Assembly: GCA_016180065.1 (NCBI GenBank)
Contig: JACPBY010000001.1
Span: 100,851 to 164,850, forward strand
Direction: 5' to 3'
Origin: Candidatus Woesearchaeota archaeon
GTDB lineage: Archaea > Nanobdellota > Nanobdellia > Woesearchaeales > UBA10216
Length of the DNA: 64,000 bases
Shown here: piece by piece, positions 52,432 through 60,300 of the stretch
Position numbering within the stretch: position 1 is the first letter of the stretch
How the letters are laid out: every line of letters starts with the position of its first letter
Notes under the pieces: model-generated
What the model saw: the letters and a program-made list of their open reading frames with translations, nothing else
Database searches by the model: none
What the model was told of the DNA's origin: nothing
Position numbers and translations under genes: made by a program

Positions 52432-52481
52432 CAAATCGGGATGCGCCCGATTGCACATTCGGCCCCTCGCCGAATTGTGCC
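52432..52481. repeat. two-hairpin module, homolog of 20284-20330
   Basis: The sequence is caaatcggg-atgcg-cccgattg followed by cacattcggc-ccctc-gccgaattgtgc. The long identical blocks shared with 20284-20330 are interrupted only by compensatory stem swaps and differing loops. Confidence 0.55.
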
Positions 52482-52582
52482 TGCTGTTCCGGCCTGCCCT
52501 GCCCAAGAAGTTTCTCTTCCATGGCAAAAGGTAATGCAGGTTTGTTTTTATATTTTAGCTAACGGAGAAGTTTGATATTTTC

Positions 52583-52626
52583 GGCTTTTGACCAAGCTTT
52601 TTTGCGCGCTCACCAAAAAGGTTGAA
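52583..52626. repeat. A/T-rich hairpin module abutting the tRNA-Leu 3' end; may also serve as its oligo-T terminator
   Basis: ggcttttgaccaagcttttttgcgcgctcaccaaaaaggttgaa is near-identical, as its reverse complement, to 31838-31875. Confidence 0.5.
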
Positions 52627-52808
52627 TGCGGGAGACGTGATTCGAACACGTGAACCCACTAAGGGACAAGCTTTTTCTCAGCCGTTTTCGCGTTTTTGGA
52701 TTGTGTTTCCGGAGAGGAAACACTCATCGGCCGCTGCCGATGTTGAACCTTTTTCGCAAAAAGGGTCACCTGAAGCTTGCGCGTTTGACCAGGCTTCGCT
52801 ACCCCCGC
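52627..52808 (-). tRNA. tRNA-Leu(CAG) with a 96-nt intron after position 37 (52673-52768)
   Basis: Folded by hand on the minus strand. The acceptor GCGGGGG pairs with CTCCCGC (one G-U pair). The D-loop has A14, G18G19 and A21. The anticodon stem CAAGC pairs with GCTTG, and the loop is TTCAGG..A. The long variable arm is TCCCTTAGTGGGTTC. The T-arm is ACGTG-TTCGAAT-CACGT and the discriminator is A. Confidence 0.85.
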
Positions 52809-52827
52809 AATAAGGGAGCTTTACGCT

Positions 52828-52920
52828 CCCTTATCAACCCTTATTACGGATTGACAAAGCAAGCAGAAGAGCCCTTATCAACCCTACGGAACGATACGAG
52901 CTCGCTGCCCTTATCAAGCC
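52828..52920. repeat. three 13-bp direct repeats CCCTTATCAA(C/G)CC upstream of tRNA-Leu
   Basis: The copies are at 52828-40, 52872-84 and 52908-20. The first overlaps the hairpin aataagggag/ctcccttat (52809-34). Confidence 0.6.
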
Positions 52921-53028
52921 TGCGAGATGAGGTTTATACTTAAATTTAACTATCAATTGGTGCGGTGCGGCAAACAAGGCCTTTTTTTTTGGCAAAAAAT
53001 ATAAGCTCAGGCAAGAAGGATTAGGCTA

Positions 53029-53574
53029 ATGGGCATACAGCACTTCTTCATGTCTGATCCGGGAACAGGGCAAACTATGCCTGTTACAGCCTGGCCTGCG
53101 GAAAATGAGCTGTTTTGCATTCTGAACTACCTGCTTGCATGCTCAGACTGGGTCAACCAAGTTTACAGGCTTGGCCTGAGAGAAACAGGGAAGATTCACC
53201 TCTACAGGGCAAGCATCCCGTGGGCAAGGCAGCACGGATTTTTGACCGGCCTATGGATTGGTGGGGCGGCACATTCAGGTTATCTGCAAGGGCCACACAA
53301 AGATGAAGATATTATTTTCTTTCATGATAAGGTGCAGCACAAGGCAGCTGAAATAGCTTTAATGATGCACGAGCTGACGCATTTCTTTCAGGGAAAGGGA
53401 GAGCAGGCAGACCACGCCAGAGCCGTGCAGATAATTGCCCTTATGATTAAAAATTACTTAATGATTAACGACCACAGAAACAGGCAAAACTTTGCAAATT
53501 ACGGGGTCAACCTTAAAGAACTCTCCGCGCAGGAGCTAATGGCAGCCCTCAACTATCTGAAGCACATGCTTTAG
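53029..53574 (+). CDS. hypothetical HExxH-motif protein (putative zinc metallopeptidase-like)
   Basis: It has the motif MMHELTHFF. A TATA-like aaaatataagc lies about 30 nt upstream. Confidence 0.5.
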   Translation: MGIQHFFMSDPGTGQTMPVTAWPAENELFCILNYLLACSDWVNQVYRLGLRETGKIHLYRASIPWARQHGFLTGLWIGGAAHSGYLQGPHKDEDIIFFHDKVQHKAAEIALMMHELTHFFQGKGEQADHARAVQIIALMIKNYLMINDHRNRQNFANYGVNLKELSAQELMAALNYLKHML

Positions 53575-53649
53575 GAGCTGTTTTTGACAGAGAGTTTTTT
53601 GACAGAAAAGTATTAAAAGCAGCAACTGATTGGCTTTTTGAGAGTAAAA

Positions 53650-54993
53650 ATGACTGTTGAGATATGCGCTGTTTCTGGGTTTGATGAAGTTGGCAGGAAT
53701 ATGGTCGCTGTCAAGGTAGATGATGAAGCCGTAATCTGCGACATGGGGCTGCACCTTGAGAACTACATAAAGATAACAGATGATGAGGAAGAGGATGTTG
53801 TGAAGCTTAGCAGGGAGTCGCTGATAAAGGCAAGGGCAGTGCCAAATGACGACCTCATAAGGGACTGGAAAGGCAAGGTCAAGGCAATAGTGCCGAGCCA
53901 TGCCCACCTTGACCACCTTGGGGCAGTGCCTTTTTTAGCCCACCATTACGATGCCCCAATCATAGGGACGCCCTACACCATACAGGTCCTGAAGCACATA
54001 CTAAAGGACAGCGGCCTCCGCATACAGAACAAGCTGAAAGCCATTGATGAGAACGGCACGGTGAACATCTCAAAAAAGCTCCAGGTCGAGCTTGTGCACA
54101 CAACGCATTCAACACCCCACACAGCAACTGTAGCTATCCACACGCCTGCTGGAGCAGTTGTTTATGCCAACGACTTCAAGTTTGACGACACCCCCACGCT
54201 TGGGAAGCCTCCAAACTACGAACGGCTGAGAGAGCTTGGAGAACAGGGAGTCCTGGCTGCTGTTGTTGACAGCACCTATGCGGCAGTTGACGCAAAAACA
54301 CCCTCTGAGAGAGTGGCCAAGGAAATGCTTGCTGATGTGCTGCTGAACCAGAACCATGAAGGAAAGGGGCTTATCGTAACTACTTTTTCATCCCATATCG
54401 CAAGGCTCAAAAGCATAGTGGAGCTAAGCCAGAAGATGGGCAGGAAAGCAGTAATTCTGGGAAGGAGCATGACAAAGTACATAGCTGCTGCAGAAGAGAT
54501 AAGCCTCGCAGAGTTCTCGGGCAAGGCGGAAATCCTTGGCGGATTCAGCGGCAAGGTAAAAGACCGGCTCAGGAAGATTGAACACGACGGCAAGGAAAAG
54601 TACCTTATCATATGCACCGGGCACCAGGGCGAGCCGAAATCCGTGCTCTCCAAGATTGCTTCAGGGCTTCTTAACTTCAACCTTGGCCCCAAAGACACCA
54701 TAGTGTTCTCGTGCAGGGTAATACCAACGCCAACCAACAGGAAAAACAGGGAAAGGCTTGAAAGCATGCTAAGAAAGTCAAATGTCAGGATATTCAAGGA
54801 TGTCCACCAGTCAGGCCACGCGGCAGGGCAGGACATAAGGCGCTTCCTTGAGCTTGTCAGGCCAAAGCAAATAATCCCGAGCCACGGCGAGAAAAGAATG
54901 AAAGACGGGCTTAGGCACATAGCAGCCAGCCTGGGCTATGATGAAAAGCAGGTTCACATGATGCATGATGGCCAGCGAATGATGCTTGGCTGA
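53650..54993 (+). CDS. rnj: ribonuclease J-like beta-CASP metallo-beta-lactamase RNase
   Basis: It contains [21 protein letters not shown] and [12 protein letters not shown]. The length is about 447 aa with no KH domains. I start at the ATG at 53650. Confidence 0.8.
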   Translation: MTVEICAVSGFDEVGRNMVAVKVDDEAVICDMGLHLENYIKITDDEEEDVVKLSRESLIKARAVPNDDLIRDWKGKVKAIVPSHAHLDHLGAVPFLAHHYDAPIIGTPYTIQVLKHILKDSGLRIQNKLKAIDENGTVNISKKLQVELVHTTHSTPHTATVAIHTPAGAVVYANDFKFDDTPTLGKPPNYERLRELGEQGVLAAVVDSTYAAVDAKTPSERVAKEMLADVLLNQNHEGKGLIVTTFSSHIARLKSIVELSQKMGRKAVILGRSMTKYIAAAEEISLAEFSGKAEILGGFSGKVKDRLRKIEHDGKEKYLIICTGHQGEPKSVLSKIASGLLNFNLGPKDTIVFSCRVIPTPTNRKNRERLESMLRKSNVRIFKDVHQSGHAAGQDIRRFLELVRPKQIIPSHGEKRMKDGLRHIAASLGYDEKQVHMMHDGQRMMLG

Positions 54994-55000
54994 GCCCGGC

Positions 55001-55504
55001 ATGAGAAAGAGCGCAACAGCAGCAATAATGAATCGCAGGGGCGAGATACTTCTTCAATTGAGAAGTGATGTTCCAATCTGGGTCATGCCGGGAGGAGGAA
55101 TTGAAAGCGGCGAAACACCTGTCAAAGCTGTTATGCGGGAGGTGCTTGAGGAAACAGGGCTAAAGGCAAAAGCCAGCTATTGCGTTGGAAGCTATGACAG
55201 CAGCTGCCTGTTTTATTCTGACAGAACAGATGTGTTCATGTGCAAGGCAATTGGCAGGCTGCGGAAAAACGCCGAGTCGCTGCAACTGCAATTCTTCAAA
55301 CAGGAAAAGCTGCCGAAGCCAATGCTTTCGTTCCATAGGGAACGCATAGCTGATGCTTTTTCAGGGAAAAAGAATGTAAAGAAAGCCCAGGCTATACGGC
55401 TGCGGCAGCTATTGAGGGACACCGGCTTCAGCCCTTTGCTTGCCATTCGCTTTCTGGCGTTTGCCTGCCGCGAAATTGTGCCTCTGCAAAAAATATTTAA
55501 ATAG
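55001..55504 (+). CDS. NUDIX hydrolase
   Basis: The Nudix box is [25 protein letters not shown] start at the ATG at 55001, after the rnj stop. Confidence 0.85.
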   Translation: MRKSATAAIMNRRGEILLQLRSDVPIWVMPGGGIESGETPVKAVMREVLEETGLKAKASYCVGSYDSSCLFYSDRTDVFMCKAIGRLRKNAESLQLQFFKQEKLPKPMLSFHRERIADAFSGKKNVKKAQAIRLRQLLRDTGFSPLLAIRFLAFACREIVPLQKIFK

Positions 55505-55551
55505 GGGCAGCAGCGGCAAGACCAGTCTGGTTGTTGTTTGGGGGTAGAAAC

Positions 55552-56289
55552 ATGAGGCTTACACTTGCAGAGCCGAAGTACTTAAAGGAAAGCATAGCCA
55601 TAATTTCCGAGCTTGTCAACGAGGCAAAACTCAGGATATCAAGGGAAGGCATTGAGCTGGTAGCCATGGACCCTGCCAATGTCGCCATGGTGATTTTCAA
55701 GCTCCTGCCGACAGCATTCACAGAGTACGACATTGAAAAGCCGGCAGACATAGCAATAAACCTCACTAACCTTAGGCAGATTCTTAGAAGGGCAAGCCCG
55801 GCAGACATGCTTTCGCTTGAGCTTGAAGGCAACAAGCTGAAAGTGCAGCTCAGGTCAGCTTCAACAAGGACATTCAGCCTGCCGCTCATAGAAACAGAAG
55901 ACAAGGAGCAGAAAGTGCCGGAACTGGCGTTCCCTGTCAACATAGAAACAGACTCTGCCCTGCTCAACGAAGCAATAAGCGATGCTGACATTGTATCAGA
56001 ATCAGTCAGCATGACAGCAGAGCCGGGAAAGCTGACGCTTCAGGCAGAAGGCGACCTCAACACAGCAGCCATCGAGATAAAGGAGTCAAACAGCTCAAAG
56101 ATTATTGCGAGGGAGAAAGTAAAGGCAAAATATTCAATAGAATACCTCAAGAAGATGATGGAGGGAAGCAAGCTGTCAGACAAGGCAGTAATGCAGTTCA
56201 ACAAGGACTACCCTCTCAAGCTCACCTACAGCACGGTTGACAAGGTCATGCTGGCATTCATACTGGCGCCGAGAGTTGATACGGACTGA
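55552..56289 (+). CDS. pcn: DNA polymerase sliding clamp PCNA
   Basis: It begins MRLTLAEPKYLKESIAIISELVNEAKLRISREGIELVAMDPANVAMV. The length is 245 aa. Confidence 0.9.
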   Translation: MRLTLAEPKYLKESIAIISELVNEAKLRISREGIELVAMDPANVAMVIFKLLPTAFTEYDIEKPADIAINLTNLRQILRRASPADMLSLELEGNKLKVQLRSASTRTFSLPLIETEDKEQKVPELAFPVNIETDSALLNEAISDADIVSESVSMTAEPGKLTLQAEGDLNTAAIEIKESNSSKIIAREKVKAKYSIEYLKKMMEGSKLSDKAVMQFNKDYPLKLTYSTVDKVMLAFILAPRVDTD

Positions 56290-56368
56290 TTAGGCAAAAC
56301 AGTTAAATTGGCGTGGTATCTTTTCTCAAGCAAACAATTTTAAATAACCGCCTTTGCATCTGCACTGC

Positions 56369-57289
56369 ATGGAAAAGCTTGTCATCATCGGCTCAGGAAT
56401 GGCAGGGCTGACAGCAGCCATCTATGCTGCGAGGGCAAATCTCCATCCGCTTGTTGTTTCCGGCAAAGCGGAAGGCGGGCAGCTGATGCTTACAACTGTT
56501 GTGGAGAACTACCCTGGCTTTCCTGAAGGCATAACAGGGCCTGAGCTGGCTGAGAAGTGCAGGCAGCAGGCAAAGAGGTTCGGGGCAAGGTTCAAGGATG
56601 GAAATGTTGAGGCGTTTACCGCCAAAGGCAGCAGTTATGAGCTGGTTGTTGAAGGAGAGAAAATCGAAGCGAAATGCGCCATAATTGCAACAGGAGCGTC
56701 AGCAAGGATGCTTGGCATTGAGTCCGAAAAGAAATACTTTAACCTGGGAGTGCACACCTGCGCTACCTGTGATGCTGCTTTTTACACAGGCAAAGACGTC
56801 ATTGTGGTTGGGGGGGGAGACAGCGCATGCGAGGAATCCCTGTTCATGACAAAACTTGTCAGTTCTGTGACCATAATCCACCGCAGAAGCGGGTTCAGGG
56901 CCAGCAAGGTAATGCAGGAAAGGGTGTTTGCGAACAGCAAGATAAAAACAGTGTGGAATTCTGCAGTTGAGGAAGTTCTGGGAGACGGCAAAAAAGTGAC
57001 CGGCGTGAAAATAAAGGACACGAACAGCGGCAAAACAAGCGAACTGAAGACAGATGCAGTGTTCCTGGCAATAGGCCATGTGCCCAACACTGCAGCATTC
57101 AAAGGCGCACTTAGCATGGAAGAGAACGGCTACATCAAGGCTGACAGCAGGCTAAGGACAAACCTTCCCGGCGTTTTTGCTGCAGGAGACTGCTGTGATA
57201 AGATTTACCGGCAGGCAATAACCGCAGCAGGGATGGGCTGCATGGCAGCTTTAGAGGCAGAACGGTATCTTGAAGGGGTACAGCGCTAA
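56369..57289 (+). CDS. trxB: thioredoxin-disulfide reductase
   Basis: It contains LVIIGSGMAGLTAAIYAARA, the redox motif CATCDA, and GGGDSACEE. The TATA-like attttaaataa lies about 25 nt upstream of the ATG at 56369. Confidence 0.9.
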   Translation: MEKLVIIGSGMAGLTAAIYAARANLHPLVVSGKAEGGQLMLTTVVENYPGFPEGITGPELAEKCRQQAKRFGARFKDGNVEAFTAKGSSYELVVEGEKIEAKCAIIATGASARMLGIESEKKYFNLGVHTCATCDAAFYTGKDVIVVGGGDSACEESLFMTKLVSSVTIIHRRSGFRASKVMQERVFANSKIKTVWNSAVEEVLGDGKKVTGVKIKDTNSGKTSELKTDAVFLAIGHVPNTAAFKGALSMEENGYIKADSRLRTNLPGVFAAGDCCDKIYRQAITAAGMGCMAALEAERYLEGVQR

Positions 57290-57330
57290 AAAAAAAGGGG
57301 CACAACCCTTTTATCCGCAGCAGCGGATTT

Positions 57331-60300
57331 TTAATGCGGAATCTTTGGCAACTTGAGCGGAGGCAGCTTCCTGTGCGTGAAATGCATGATTTCAACAGCT
57401 GCCAGAACCAGCGCAGTAAGCACAACCACAGTCCACACCACCTTTGCCGCAAACCCAAGCCCGCCTTTTTCAGCTTCAGATGGCCTTGCTTCTTCAGGCT
57501 GGGGCTGTTGCAGCTGCTGCACAACCTCAACCTGCTGTTCCTGCCCTTTGGCCGCTTCCTCACCGGATGGCAGCGCCTTCACGGCAAGCTTGGCTTTTGC
57601 CTTCTCAGCAACTACTGAAAAGACTGAAAAGCCCGGGGTTGTTGCCTCATAGCTTATGAAATCCGCGTCTTCTGAAATTTGTTTAGTCGGAAGCCTTACC
57701 CACTCATTGGAAACAAGCCTGTTCAGCGAGGTTGTGGCAGGGTCAAGGCTGTTGTTGCCAAACCAGCCTGTTGGAACTCTAAACTTAATCGTAGCGGTTG
57801 TTACAGCTTCCAGCTTGGCCTTTGTTATTGACAGGTACTTGTAAACGTTGCCAGCGCCTTTTGATACAGGAGGGGAAATGCTTGAAGCGAGTGTTGTTTC
57901 CCTCACGCTGACCGCGGGGCTGGATGAGGCTGTTCCAGCGACTGCGACTATCTCATAAACGGCAAGGTCGGCGAACTTCTTGTATGAGAAGGTTCCCGCA
58001 TCGCCTGCGTTCAGGTCTTTCTGGAGCAGGAAGTTCTCTGAAGCAAGCGCAGCCCCGCCTCCGCCTCCCCCTCCTCCGCCACCTCCGCCTCCACTGCTGC
58101 TGCTTGAAGCGCTGCTGCCTGAGCTGCTCCCGTAAGTCTTCGTGCCCTGCACGCCATAGTAGGAGAAGCCAAGGCCTGCGCCTATAGCCATGGTGCAGTT
58201 GGTGACAGACGCGCCGAAGGTGCAGCTTGCGTTGCTGGTGACATCAAAGCAGTTTGACAGGTTATCATCGCTGCACTTCCAAAGCTTGGTGCCGTTGTCA
58301 GGTATTGTTATGGTTATGTACTTAACTCCGAGCTTTTGAATGATTGTGTTCCAGCTTGTTGTGTTTATGCCGACAAACTTGTTTGTTGAGTTTGAAGAGT
58401 AAAGCGTGGTTATGTTTATGGTTGCGGCAGCGAAGACTGACACGTTTTTCAGGGTGATGTTGTAACCGTTGTTCGGGTCCTTGATGGTTATGTCAATATT
58501 CTGGGCGTTGGAGGCGTTGACCTGCTTGCCGTAAGTCATGTTATCGCCAGAAACTCCCAGCTGCGGAATGTCAATCTGCAGCCCGGAAGAAGGGACCGGC
58601 TTGAAGACATAAGACTTGTAGCTAGTATCTGTCGTGAAGTTCGTGCACCCGCTCAACAAGCAGTTCCCACACAAGTCGCACAGCTTGTACTTGTAATAAT
58701 ATGTGCGGTTGCTGCCAAGGGTGGCATTAACGCTGTACTTGTCAATCAATGCTTCATGCCACGACTTAAACTCGTTCCCGGTAATTGAGTCAGTCAACCC
58801 AAAGTCCTTGATAGTTGAGTTAAGCGTTGAGCACTTGGTGTCATTGCCATAGAAAACCACTGTGCCGTTGCTTGGCTCGTCAGAGTCAAAAGAGATTGAC
58901 GCCCCTTCAGGGAACGTTGCAGCCTCAAGCCACTTCAGGCCCGGCGGGCTTTTGTCATTGGGGTCGCAGGTCATTCCAAAGCCGCAGCCAGCGAACGGGT
59001 CATACTTACAGCTGTTGTCATTACAGTCAACCATGCCATTGTTGTCATTATCCTTGCCGTCGGTGCACAGCGGGCCACCTTCAAAAGGCACAAAGCCAAA
59101 CTTCTTGAACAGGGTGCAGTCCGGGTCGTTGTCAGCCGTCAAGCCGTCGCCATCAGCATCCTGCCCGGTTGCCATGCAGTTTTCAAACTTCTTGTCAATG
59201 CTTCCGGGCGCATAATAGTAAGGCCCGCCTATGTCAACAGGGTTGGTTTCATTTGCACCAGCGCCAGCGTCATTCAAAATTGTCAGGTTATTGCTGCTGT
59301 TGGCAGTCATCATGAAAATCCTGATAACACCTTTCGGGCTGCCAAAATCAGCCTTCTTGATGACCATTATCTGCACCCCTCCCGGCAGGCCCCCGCCGCT
59401 TCCTCCTTCACCAGGGCCGCCGGGCCCTCCCTGCCCTTCCTGGCCTCCTGGACCGCCTATGGTCATCTTGCACATGTCTTTCATCACAGCCAATTGGGCT
59501 GAGAACGGCACCCAGCTGCCCGAAACGCACCTGAAGCCAACCTTGAATTCGCCGCTTGTAGTGTTCTCGGTGTAGAAAAACTTGTAGTCAAAGCCGTACT
59601 CCCTGAACTGGGCGCCCAGAGGCAGAGTGCCATTAACAGCACAGCCTGTGCTTGCATTGTTGTCAGAATCAATGAAGCGGTAAAACTTTGCAGTAAGGTT
59701 CCTTGTTATTGCCTTGTAAGCTGAGACCTTGTTGCAGCCTGCGAAATTTGAAAGGTTCTTGACTGCCATGCCAATGTCAATCTTGTCCTGCGCTCCAGGG
59801 CTTTCATGGACACCCACATCAGTGATGTCAGTCCAGTTCTGGCCCGATGTGTTGTCATCCTGCGGGTCAAACCCTATCAGCTCAGGAGGGGAGTCAACCA
59901 GCATCCCGCCTGCAAGGTTCTTCTCAAATACGGGGTTGCACCAGCCGGTTGCTGCATTGTAATAGCAGACAGCGGTTGCTCCCAACGGGCCTATTCCTGT
60001 CTGGGCTGCGCAGCCGGCAGGATTGTTATCGTTTTGCATGCATGTTGAAGGGCCAATTGCGCCAAGCCCTGCACCGCTGCCTCCTGCGCCTGAACCCATG
60101 CCGTAGCCGCAGAACGGGTCTGACTGGCAGTCGTTAACATCAGCGCAGTCCGAGAGGCTGTCGCCATCCTCATCTCCAGGCAGGAAACAAATCTCCTGGA
60201 CAGTGTTGTTCAAATGGCAGAATGAGGCAAATGAGCTTGTAGTATCCCAGCTGCAGTTTGCAGCGCTCGCAGCGCAGATGTTCTGGCTCTGGCAGGCAGA

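Noticed and set aside
52809-53028. Direct repeats plus an AT-rich stretch considered as a replication origin.
   Set aside because: There is no adjacent orc1/cdc6 gene. The repeats do not resemble ORB or mini-ORB elements, and they are direct rather than inverted around the AT-rich segment.
58053-58091. GC-rich short tandem repeat (ccgcct/cctcc units) considered as a non-coding repeat or CRISPR-like array.
   Set aside because: It lies in frame inside the 1,512-aa ORF and encodes a 13-residue poly-Gly linker. No spacer-repeat periodicity exists anywhere in the window.
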